DNA of 64,000 nucleotides. Origin: an uncultured Desulfatitalea sp. Lineage in GTDB: Bacteria > Desulfobacterota > Desulfobacteria > Desulfobacterales > Desulfosarcinaceae. Positions 1 to 12,017 of this stretch are shown in pieces. Location: contig CAXXMB010000002.1 in assembly GCA_963668675.2 (NCBI GenBank), forward strand, positions 2,144,001-2,208,000. The letters run 5' to 3'. How positions within the stretch are numbered: the stretch's first letter is position 1; each line of letters starts with the position of its first letter. Under the pieces are notes generated by a model. That model had not been told where the DNA came from and did no database searches. It saw nothing but the letters and a program-made list of their open reading frames with translations. The translations under genes and the position numbers were made by a program.

Positions 1-157
1 CGGGCAAAACCCGCTGAACGCGTCCCTTGTAAATGTTTCCTGAACTGTCCGAAGCGCCCTGCCGCTCGATGAACAGCTCGGATATGTTGCCATCTTCAAT
101 CAACGCCACCCGTGTTTCATGTGGCATGTCGTTTATAATAATCTTTTTGTTTGTCAT
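1..157 (-). CDS. Rne/Rng family ribonuclease (RNase E/G), N-terminal part; runs off the window edge
   Basis: Manual translation: MTNKKIIINDMPHETRVALIEDGNISELFIERQGASDSSGNIYKGRVQRVLP, with the RNase E/G GNIYKGRV motif. Alternative start at 163. Confidence 0.9.
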   Translation of the reverse strand, partial: MTNKKIIINDMPHETRVALIEDGNISELFIERQGASDSSGNIYKGRVQRVLP

Positions 158-211
158 AACCATCCAAATTTATGTATTTTTTTATAAAGCTACCGCTAAT
201 GGACCCCAATG

Positions 212-2734
212 TCAACTGCTGCGCCCTTCCGGTGCATCCGCCAATTTTACCACTCTCACTTGCCGCGCCTCGTTTTCCGAAAGCGACAGCACCTCCTGAA
301 GGAGAACGGTTGGGCGGATGATGTAAGGTTTCATCCGTTTTGCGGCCACATAAAGGATGTGATCGTCGATAAACGCAACTCTTTGGAAGCACGCCTTTAG
401 ATCGATGATCTGCGTTTGCCCTTTTCGGTTGATGCGCTCGTAGGGCCACTGATCGGACGCAAGAAATCGATCCAGCCGGCCGGAATCGATGGCGTTGCGA
501 TCAATATACAGATGATAAGCGTCCACTTCGGCCCTGAACTTCTCCTTGCGGGTAGTGACAATGCAACAGGTGACCACCCGGATGCCCTCAGGCAGTTGCG
601 GGTTGAGCCGCTCTATCAAATCGCTGCATGGGTAATCGCCCGCCGGCTTGACCCACATTCGTTCGGCCTGGCTCTCCATCCCCAAGGGCAGCGGGTTATC
701 GAAGGAGATCTGCGGCATGGGATGAAATCCATGCGAATACAACAACTTGATTCCCGCACGTCGAAAGGCAGCCGCAAACATTTTGATCATCTCCAGGTGA
801 CCGAAGAAGCGCGCCGGACCCATTTTGGTCCACACCAGCTCTCGCTCGACCGATGTCGCATCGACACACTCAATCGCCTGAACCGCCTTTGGTGCAGGCG
901 CATCATCGAAGACACGCGGGTGGATCTCTTCAAAATCGCACACCCCGCACTGTCCACACGCTCCATACCGGCAATCTTCCAGCCGCTTGCCCTCGAGTGC
1001 CGCTTCGAGTTCTGCACGCAGAAAGCGGTCAGTTGCCCCCGAATCCATATGCTGCCAGGGCAGCGGCTCGTCCAGGCGCCGCTCCCGTTCGGTGAAAAAC
1101 CGCGCATCAACACCACTCTCTCGAATAGCCTGCTGCCAGCGCGAAAAATCGAACTGTTCGCTCCAGCCGTCGAAGGTGCATCCCAGCCGCCAGGCGCGCT
1201 CGATCACCGCTGCCATCCGCCGATCCCCCCTGGCCAGCAGCCCCTCGAGAAGGCTCATCTCAGGACTCTGCCATTTGATCTGCACGCCCGGCCCCTTCAG
1301 TTTGGCGGCGATCTGATCCATACGGGCTCGTGAAACCGCGGTGGAGAGTTGGCTCGCCCACTGGAACGGGGTGTGCGCTTTGGGAATGAAGGTGGTAATA
1401 CTGACGTTGATCTGGCCTCGCCGCCTTTGGGGACCCTCTATCTTTTTGAGCGACTGCACCATTTCGATAATCGCCTCGATATCGGCCTCGCTCTCCGTCG
1501 GTAGACCGATCATGAAGTATAGCTTGATGACACGCCACCCAAGCCCAAATGCGTGTTCGACGGTCGACGCGACGTCTTCGAAACGGATATTCTTATTGAT
1601 CACATCCCTCAATCGCTGGCTGCCGGCCTCTGGTGCAATGGTAAAGCCGGTTTTGCGGACCTTCTTAATAAGGGCCATCAGATTGGGGGTTAATGTTCCG
1701 GCCCGGATCGATGGCAGTGAAACGGCGACATGCTCCGACTGACAGCGCTGCATGAGCGCCTCCATGAGCGGAATAAGACACGTGTAATCGCCGGTACTCA
1801 GTGATAGCAGCGACAGGTCATCATAACCGGTAGCGGCCAGTGAGCTTTCAACCAGATCGAGCAGGGTGCGGGGGCTGCGTTCACGCACGGGCCGGTAGAT
1901 CATGCCGGCCTGACAGAAACGGCATCCCCTGGTGCAACCGCGCGAAATCTCCAGGCGCAGCCGGTCGTGGATCGGTTTGCCAAAAGGGATCACGGGTTGT
2001 TCTGGAAAAAAAGCGCTGTCCAGGTCAGGCACCACTGCCCGGCGAACGGTGGACGCACCCGATTGAATCGCGGACAGATGTTGAAACCCCTCCTGATCAT
2101 AAGCTGCTTTATAAAGGGAGGGTATATAGAGCCCTTCTATTTTCGACCAGTGCTCCAATAGTCTCTGCCGGTCCCGTCCATCCTGCTCTTTCCATCTTAT
2201 CCAGGTAGCAGCCATCTGCAGCAGCGCCTCCTCGCCATCGCCAAATAGCATGGCATCGAAAAAGGGCGCCATGGGCTCCGGATTGCTCACGCAAGGCCCC
2301 CCGGCAATGACCAGCGGGTGGCGATCCTCGCGCTGGTGCGCGTAGACGGGTATGCCGGCCATATCGAGCATGTTGAGCACATTGGTGAAGTTGAGCTCGT
2401 AAAGGAGGCTGAATCCGATGATGTGAAATCGATTCAGCGGTGTCTGGCTCTCAAGGCTGCAGAGCGGCATCCGGTTTTCGCGAAGCTGCTGCTCCATATC
2501 ACCGGCCGGCGCATAGACACGCTCTGCATAAATATCCGCGTCGCGATTTAGCAGGTGGTAAAGAATCTGGATACCGAAGTGGGACGTACCGATCTCGTAA
2601 AGGTCCGGAAAGGCCAGTGCCATATGCAGCTTAACCCCAGCGGGGACTTTGACGCACCGGTTGACCTCAGTCCCGAGATAGCGGCTTGGCTTTTCGACCT
2701 TGCCCAAGAGATCTTGAATGCACATATTGCGCAT
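212..2734 (-). CDS. B12-binding radical SAM protein (TIGR03960-like) with C-terminal radical SAM-associated (DUF2344-like) domain
   Basis: KPSRYLG and LAFPDLYEIG N-terminus, CTRGCRFC motif, C-terminal GFHPMPQISF..PLPLG; this family usually sits next to RNase E/G. Confidence 0.85.
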   Translation of the reverse strand: MRNMCIQDLLGKVEKPSRYLGTEVNRCVKVPAGVKLHMALAFPDLYEIGTSHFGIQILYHLLNRDADIYAERVYAPAGDMEQQLRENRMPLCSLESQTPLNRFHIIGFSLLYELNFTNVLNMLDMAGIPVYAHQREDRHPLVIAGGPCVSNPEPMAPFFDAMLFGDGEEALLQMAATWIRWKEQDGRDRQRLLEHWSKIEGLYIPSLYKAAYDQEGFQHLSAIQSGASTVRRAVVPDLDSAFFPEQPVIPFGKPIHDRLRLEISRGCTRGCRFCQAGMIYRPVRERSPRTLLDLVESSLAATGYDDLSLLSLSTGDYTCLIPLMEALMQRCQSEHVAVSLPSIRAGTLTPNLMALIKKVRKTGFTIAPEAGSQRLRDVINKNIRFEDVASTVEHAFGLGWRVIKLYFMIGLPTESEADIEAIIEMVQSLKKIEGPQRRRGQINVSITTFIPKAHTPFQWASQLSTAVSRARMDQIAAKLKGPGVQIKWQSPEMSLLEGLLARGDRRMAAVIERAWRLGCTFDGWSEQFDFSRWQQAIRESGVDARFFTERERRLDEPLPWQHMDSGATDRFLRAELEAALEGKRLEDCRYGACGQCGVCDFEEIHPRVFDDAPAPKAVQAIECVDATSVERELVWTKMGPARFFGHLEMIKMFAAAFRRAGIKLLYSHGFHPMPQISFDNPLPLGMESQAERMWVKPAGDYPCSDLIERLNPQLPEGIRVVTCCIVTTRKEKFRAEVDAYHLYIDRNAIDSGRLDRFLASDQWPYERINRKGQTQIIDLKACFQRVAFIDDHILYVAAKRMKPYIIRPTVLLQEVLSLSENEARQVRVVKLADAPEGRSS

Positions 2735-2784
2735 GTTATGTACGCTCTGTCTTGCTCTGGCTGTAAAGCCAATTCGTGGAGAAA

Positions 2785-4179
2785 ATGAAAAAAACGCTAT
2801 TCATGTCAGACTTCGACCCCCAAATCAAGCTCAAATCCGCCATCGTGATGGCTCTCCTTCTTCTGACGGCGCTGCCGGCTGCTGCATTTGATCGCCGCAC
2901 CCCGGTGGTACGGGCCGTCGACAGGGTAGGGCCGGCTGTGGTCAACATAAGTTCCGAATACCAAGTGCACAACCGGAACAATCCATTTGGTGGCAACCCC
3001 CTGTTCGACAACTTCTTTAGGGATTTTTTCGAACACCAGCCCCAGAAGCGGGTCAGTCTGGGTTCCGGTGTCATCATCGACGGTAAACGCGGCTTCATTC
3101 TCACCAACGCGCATGTGATCGAAGCGAGCACATCGATTAGTGTGGTGCTCCAGGATGATCGTCAATTCGACGTGCGCATCGTGGGTGCCGATCCAGACTC
3201 GGACCTGGCCGTGCTGCAGATAGACACCGACACCACCCTGCCTGCCATCGATATGGGCAATTCGGATGACATTATGATCGGCGAGACCATCATCGCCATC
3301 GGCAACCCTTTCGGCTTTTCACATACGGTAACCACCGGCGTGGTCAGCGCCGTCAATCGAAGCATCAAGACCGAAGACCGCGTTTTCCACGACTTTATCC
3401 AGACCGATGCATCGATCAATCCGGGTAACAGTGGTGGTCCGCTGCTCAACATCAACGGCGAACTGATCGGCATCAACACGGCCATTTACGCCAAGGCCCA
3501 GGGAATCGGGTTTGCCATTCCCATCAACAAAGCCAAACGCATTATCGCCGATCTTATACAATACGGCCACGTGATACAGGCCTGGATCGGAGTTGCGGTG
3601 CAGGACCTGGATGGACGCATGGCTGCCTACCTCGGTATAAAGGGAGTCGAAGGCGTTGTGGTCACCCAAGTAGAAGAAGATAGCCCGGCAGCAGCGGCTG
3701 GCGTCGAAAGCGGCGATTTGATCATCGCAATGGGGCGCCGCAGCATCACCTCCGTAAATGACTACCTCTCATCGACCCGTTCCCTTTCGGCCGGAGAGCC
3801 GGCCCGCCTCAAAATACTCAGAAACGCCAAACCCATAAAAATGGTCATCGAAACGCGCGCCTATCCCCAAAAGCGTGTGCCGGACCTTGCGTGGCGCAAG
3901 CTGGGGGTTAGGGTTCAAGACATCGATAAGAAGATGCGCCGCCGATTTCGAATCGTCGCCGACACAGGTGTTGCGATCACCGAGGTGCGCAACGGCTCGC
4001 ATCTGGCCCATATCGGTGTCTCCGCCGGCGATGTGATCGTGCAACTCGATGATCAGACCATCGCCGCCCTCGATGAATTTACATCCGCCATGATCAAATG
4101 CCGCCTCAAATCGTCGGTATTGCTCCTGGTCCAGCGCGATGAGCGTGTCTACTATCTGACGGTGCGCATGTCCCCCTAA
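2785..4179 (+). CDS. HtrA/DegP (Do family) serine endopeptidase with two PDZ domains
   Basis: TNAHV, DLAVL and QTDASINPGNSGGP motifs; hydrophobic signal segment. Start codon uncertain (ORF track 2776). Confidence 0.93.
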   Translation: MKKTLFMSDFDPQIKLKSAIVMALLLLTALPAAAFDRRTPVVRAVDRVGPAVVNISSEYQVHNRNNPFGGNPLFDNFFRDFFEHQPQKRVSLGSGVIIDGKRGFILTNAHVIEASTSISVVLQDDRQFDVRIVGADPDSDLAVLQIDTDTTLPAIDMGNSDDIMIGETIIAIGNPFGFSHTVTTGVVSAVNRSIKTEDRVFHDFIQTDASINPGNSGGPLLNINGELIGINTAIYAKAQGIGFAIPINKAKRIIADLIQYGHVIQAWIGVAVQDLDGRMAAYLGIKGVEGVVVTQVEEDSPAAAAGVESGDLIIAMGRRSITSVNDYLSSTRSLSAGEPARLKILRNAKPIKMVIETRAYPQKRVPDLAWRKLGVRVQDIDKKMRRRFRIVADTGVAITEVRNGSHLAHIGVSAGDVIVQLDDQTIAALDEFTSAMIKCRLKSSVLLLVQRDERVYYLTVRMSP

Positions 4180-4201
4180 TCCCTGAACCGTGAGGATTGC
4201 C

Positions 4202-5566
4202 ATGCAACGAGAAAAAATTGCCAGGCTCTTGAAGGCCACTGCCCCGCACGACCGTGTGCTCGTCAAAGGGTGGGTACGCACCAAACGCGATGCCAAAGAG
4301 TTCTCTTTCATCGAATTGAACGATGGCTCATGCCTGGTCAACCTCCAGATCATTGCCGAGGCGGCAATGCTGCCCAACTACGACGAGGTACGCAAAATTA
4401 CGACCGGAGCGGCCCTGAGTGTCGAGGGGCGCCTGGTGCCTTCCCAAGGCAAGGGCCAGCAGTGGGAGGTTCGAGCCACAGCCGTTGTGGTCATCGGATC
4501 GGCTCCCGAAGACTACCCCCTGCAGAAGAAACGCCACACCGATGAATACCTGCGTTCCATTGCCCACCTGAGACCACGCACCAACAAATATGGGGCTGCT
4601 TTCCGCATTCGTTCAGAGCTGGCATTTGCCATCCATCACTTTTTCCACGAGCGCGATTTTCGCTACATCCACACCCCGATCCTGACCGCCTCTGACTGCG
4701 AAGGTGCCGGGGAGATGTTTCGCGTCACCACTCTACCGACCGGCAAAGGTCAAATGGACGAAGATTTTTTCGGCACCGAAGCCAACCTGACCGTATCGGG
4801 GCAGTTGGAGGCCGAAATGTTAGCGCTCTCCCTGGGCGATGTCTACACCTTCGGCCCCACCTTCCGTGCCGAGAACTCAAACACACGCCGCCACGCTGCG
4901 GAGTTCTGGATGGTCGAACCCGAAATGGCCTTCTGCGATCTCGAACAGAACATGGCCGTGGCTGAAGCGCTGATCAAATACGTGACCCATTTTACCCTTG
5001 CGCACTGCAAAGAGGACATCGATCTTTTCGCACGATTTGTGGACAAGGAGCTGATGGCGAAACTTGATCAGTTGATATCATCCGATTTTGAGCGGTTACC
5101 CTACAAAGAGGCGGTTGCAACGCTTGAAAAGAGCGGTCAATCCTTTGAATATCCCATCGCTTACGGCCAGGACCTGCAGAGCGAGCACGAGCGCTATCTC
5201 ACCGAAAAGGTCTATGGCAAACCGGTGATCGTCTACGATTTTCCAGAGCGCATCAAACCGTTTTACATGCGTCTGAACGACGATGCTGAAACAGTGGCCT
5301 CTATGGATGTACTGGTTCCCGGTATCGGCGAAATCATCGGTGGCAGCCAGCGCGAGGAGCGCCACGACATACTGGTCGAACGAATGGAGAGAATCGGGCT
5401 TTCAAAGGAGACCTACTGGTGGTATGTGCAATCGCGCTACTACGGCAGCGTTCCTCACAGCGGCTTTGGTCTGGGTTTCGAGCGTCTGATCATGATGATG
5501 ACTGGCATCGGCAACATCAGGGACGTGATTCCTTTTCCCAGAACCCCCAAAAACATTGAGTTCTGA
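4202..5566 (+). CDS. asnS: Asparagine--tRNA ligase
   Basis: LTVSGQL, GPTFRAENSNT, GEIIGGSQRE, GFGLGFER and IPFPR motifs; GAGG upstream of ATG 4202. Confidence 0.97.
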   Translation: MQREKIARLLKATAPHDRVLVKGWVRTKRDAKEFSFIELNDGSCLVNLQIIAEAAMLPNYDEVRKITTGAALSVEGRLVPSQGKGQQWEVRATAVVVIGSAPEDYPLQKKRHTDEYLRSIAHLRPRTNKYGAAFRIRSELAFAIHHFFHERDFRYIHTPILTASDCEGAGEMFRVTTLPTGKGQMDEDFFGTEANLTVSGQLEAEMLALSLGDVYTFGPTFRAENSNTRRHAAEFWMVEPEMAFCDLEQNMAVAEALIKYVTHFTLAHCKEDIDLFARFVDKELMAKLDQLISSDFERLPYKEAVATLEKSGQSFEYPIAYGQDLQSEHERYLTEKVYGKPVIVYDFPERIKPFYMRLNDDAETVASMDVLVPGIGEIIGGSQREERHDILVERMERIGLSKETYWWYVQSRYYGSVPHSGFGLGFERLIMMMTGIGNIRDVIPFPRTPKNIEF

Positions 5567-5589
5567 TAAGGCTGCGCCCTCTCAGCATA

Positions 5590-6381
5590 TCACTCTTTAA
5601 GGCATCTGAGTTTAGCCAGGTCCTCGGCATATCCGTACAGGTGCAATCCCTTGCTCTCCACTACCATCTCACCGTCTTTGACGCCGATGGCGCCGGCCAT
5701 ATAGTCTTTCAGATTCTGGATCCCCGCCAGGTTGGCTGGCAATCCTCCCCACAGATCCCATGACCGGAAATAGACGATAAAGTGGAGTGTGTCGTCTTGG
5801 ATGCGTGTATCGATCGAACGCAAACAGGGCGGATCGACCAAGGTGACATCGGACGGATGAGCAATCTGAAGAACCATCTGGTTGTTACGATGGCCATGTC
5901 GTTTATACGTTTCGATGATCCATTCGATCTGGTTCAGATAGAGGCGCCCGTTCTCCTCGAAAACGATGGTACCGTCCACCTCCCGCAGATCTATTATTTC
6001 CCTGTTTTCCTGTTCCCACCACATCCGCTTGTCGCCACTGATGGGTACCCGGGTCAGCCGTTCGCCATAGGTATAGGATTCGCCAGGCTCCTTATGGCCG
6101 GTCATGAGATATTCGATGTAGGAACGGTCGTAACCCTCTCCGCCATAGATATAGGCCTCCTCCACAGGATTGGGGATGCCACAACTCGGTGGTATGTCCG
6201 GAATGAGGGGCAAGGTACCCGGATAGAGGACATGCCCCGTAAAATAGTCATACTCCAACCGTGTCTGTCCGGCGTAGGAGCCGCGATCAATGGTAAAACG
6301 TCTGCCGTGGTCTAGGATGTCGTGTACTGCCTGGAACCATAAATCAGGCAGATCCCTTGCTTTTATATTGTGTAGGCGCAT
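5590..6381 (-). CDS. thyA: Thymidylate synthase (ThyA fold, divergent/archaeal-like)
   Basis: YTYGERL, DPPCL (catalytic Cys), YFRSWD, LPANL and LHLY motifs. Confidence 0.85.
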   Translation of the reverse strand: MRLHNIKARDLPDLWFQAVHDILDHGRRFTIDRGSYAGQTRLEYDYFTGHVLYPGTLPLIPDIPPSCGIPNPVEEAYIYGGEGYDRSYIEYLMTGHKEPGESYTYGERLTRVPISGDKRMWWEQENREIIDLREVDGTIVFEENGRLYLNQIEWIIETYKRHGHRNNQMVLQIAHPSDVTLVDPPCLRSIDTRIQDDTLHFIVYFRSWDLWGGLPANLAGIQNLKDYMAGAIGVKDGEMVVESKGLHLYGYAEDLAKLRCLKE

Positions 6382-6627
6382 GGTTCGTTTCCTTGGCTTT
6401 CGTCACCGAACGATTCGCTTGGAAATGTCCAGGTGTGTTTGATTCGATTATATCGAACAAAAATCAATTCTGTTTTTTTCCTTGACACTCTATTTTTTGT
6501 GTGCGAAAGGTCACTTGCGCTTGCATTTCGTTCTTCTCTTCCTGCCTTTCCTACTGTGCTGTAAAACTTGAACTGGACTGGAGCTGGAGCAGTTTATCCT
6601 GACTTGATTAAAAGCGCACCCTATTCA

Positions 6628-6670
6628 GAACCCCTAAGGTCCGGCCGCAGACCTTAGGGGTTCAATTTTT
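6628..6670 (+). terminator. Intrinsic terminator-like hairpin
   Basis: GAACCCCTAAGGTC-loop-GACCTTAGGGGTTC perfect 14-bp stem, then AATTTTT on the + strand. Confidence 0.75.
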
Positions 6671-6757
6671 AGGGATAGTGCCTGTCCGTAAACGGTTGAT
6701 AGCATCGAACGTTTGATATACTGATTTAAGGTCCAATCACATCTCTAAAACGGCCAC

Positions 6758-10281
<3,524 letters not shown>

Positions 10282-10510
10282 CTCTTTACCCCTATTTTTT
10301 AATTAAAAAAGATATTGTTATTAATAGGGACTGTTCATATGTTTAAAAAACTTTAATAATTTGATTTTAATAATTAAATTCATATAAAGGCGTGTTGAAA
10401 AAAGGACCATAATTTTTCGATAACGCGGCGTTTATCAGCACACTTTCTCTTTTTGTCGATAACGGGCGACTTGTGAACAATCTATGATCCGCCCAATGTT
10501 GATAAATCAC
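10282..10510. promoter_or_regulatory. Putative replication origin oriC
   Basis: Very AT-rich. DnaA-box-like 9-mers at 10393, 10415, 10432, 10454, 10472 and 10497 (e.g. TTATCGACA, TTATCAACA on the minus strand), degenerate tandem boxes at 10332-10348, trio-like TAT-TGT-TAT-TAA-TAG at 10313-10327; upstream of dnaN. Confidence 0.75.
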
Positions 10511-11071
10511 TCAGGCGCGCTCCGCCGACGAATCGGGTGAATTGGGATCGGTCGAGATCCATTTTTTGATTCCGGGCACGACGTGACTCAACCACTTTTC
10601 GGAAAGGCGCACGTTGATAAAGGCTTGGTATAGCTTATCGATAAGCTGAAATGATTTATCGTAAAGATAAATTTTATCGAGTACCGCACCTGCTTTGTCG
10701 TCCGAGGATTCGATCGGTCCGCTTTCGGGCAGTTTCAGTCCCGAAAAACTCAGGTTCTCACCCTTGATGGCAAACTGCCATTTCAAGGTGCCACTCTTAT
10801 AGATCATGTGCATGTCCGTGATCAAAGCCCCTTTGCGAAGCGCGAGCAGGGCCTCCTCCAAACCGGCGGCATCCCCTTTTATGGTGATGTTCTCTTTTCC
10901 GTTAGCCAGCCGGTTTTCGAGCACCATACGGTTGCCGACATCGAGATCCAGAAGATCCGGATCACATTGACGGATGGTCTCCATCTCGTTTTCCATGGCG
11001 TACCAGAGCCAGGTCAAAAATTCATTTCCGAGGAAACGGTAGCGATTATAGGCAACGGCTATATCGAGCAT
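10511..11071 (-). CDS. RdgC-like/conserved hypothetical protein (second of pair)
   Basis: 186 aa; FLGNEFLTWLW motif recalled from short RdgC-like deltaproteobacterial proteins. Confidence 0.65.
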   Translation of the reverse strand: MLDIAVAYNRYRFLGNEFLTWLWYAMENEMETIRQCDPDLLDLDVGNRMVLENRLANGKENITIKGDAAGLEEALLALRKGALITDMHMIYKSGTLKWQFAIKGENLSFSGLKLPESGPIESSDDKAGAVLDKIYLYDKSFQLIDKLYQAFINVRLSEKWLSHVVPGIKKWISTDPNSPDSSAERA

Positions 11072-11086
11072 GGTGCGTTGATCTAT

Positions 11087-11145
11087 CCTTAGTTCTGGGC
11101 CTTAGTTTTTGGCCTTAGTCTTTGGGCCTTAATCTTTGGACCTTA
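11087..11145. repeat. Tandem 13-14 bp repeat (4 copies plus a partial), CCTTAGTYTTTGG
   Basis: CCTTAGTTCTGGG CCTTAGTTTTTGG CCTTAGTCTTTGGG CCTTAATCTTTGGA CCTTA. Confidence 0.9.
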
Positions 11146-11148
11146 CCT

Positions 11149-11763
11149 TCAAGCATCGTCTTCTGCGTAGGCCAGTTTTTCCAAGGCATCGCGTTGCGGA
11201 TCTGATAGCGATGGATCGGACAGGGCCATGGTGTATGGGATCATGCGGATCAAGTGAAGGCCAAAGGTCTTATAGAACAGGGTTTCAAGCTGTTCGTTGG
11301 CGCTTTTCAGATTTGAAAAAAAACAGACCACGCCATCTTCATACTGCCAAACCACATCGTAAATATTTGGCGTCGCCGGTATTTTTTGATTTAGACGCTG
11401 TACGATCTGATCTTTGAGCGCCTCTTTTTCGTCCTTTGAAAGAAAATCGCGCTCCAGTGCCTTCATCCGTTTGGACGACTCGCCAGAAAAGTGCTTTTGC
11501 AGCAGTTTCGGTGGAATGGCTTTCTTGTCGATCCGCATGGAAAAGACGACATGGGTGCCGATCAGAAAGCTGGAGCCTTCAAAATCGGGTTCGAATGGCG
11601 TTTCAAAACTGGTCCAACCGACCGTTTGATCCGATGGCTGACCGTCGATATCGGTGATGGCAAACCGTTTGAGTCCGTCAGCGATGGTGTCGATGATCGG
11701 TTTTTCCAATTGGCCCTCGACCCGGTACCGGGTGACCGAGGTTGTTGCCGACAGTAAGCCCAT
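11149..11763 (-). CDS. Recombination-associated protein RdgC-like (first of pair)
   Basis: 204 aa; [23 protein letters not shown] and KEALKDQI resemble the N-terminal part of RdgC. Confidence 0.7.
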   Translation of the reverse strand: MGLLSATTSVTRYRVEGQLEKPIIDTIADGLKRFAITDIDGQPSDQTVGWTSFETPFEPDFEGSSFLIGTHVVFSMRIDKKAIPPKLLQKHFSGESSKRMKALERDFLSKDEKEALKDQIVQRLNQKIPATPNIYDVVWQYEDGVVCFFSNLKSANEQLETLFYKTFGLHLIRMIPYTMALSDPSLSDPQRDALEKLAYAEDDA

Positions 11764-11902
11764 GTTCGCCTTCCAAATACGATATACAAGATGGTGTAGA
11801 TGATATATTCAAAAACATCTAAATATAGCTATTAAAGCTAAATAAAACAAGCTGTTTTTATCGGATTCTCCCGATGAGGCGGCGGCTTTTGTGGTGAAGC
11901 TG

Positions 11903-11932
11903 TTGACAATGCACATCATATTCTCATAGATT
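11903..11932 (+). promoter_or_regulatory. Putative sigma70 promoter for the KamA-like operon
   Basis: TTGACA (11903-11908), 18-nt spacer, TAGATT. Confidence 0.45.
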
Positions 11933-12017
11933 GAATAGTTTAAGATAAGTTCCCCTTCAAGAGGGGGCCGTGAACTTATCCCTTCCCGTGCGAATCAACA
12001 AAAGAATACTGGAATAA

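Noticed and set aside
11087..11145. Possible mini-CRISPR
   Set aside because: Units are 13-14 bp with no unique spacers, and no cas genes are in the window.
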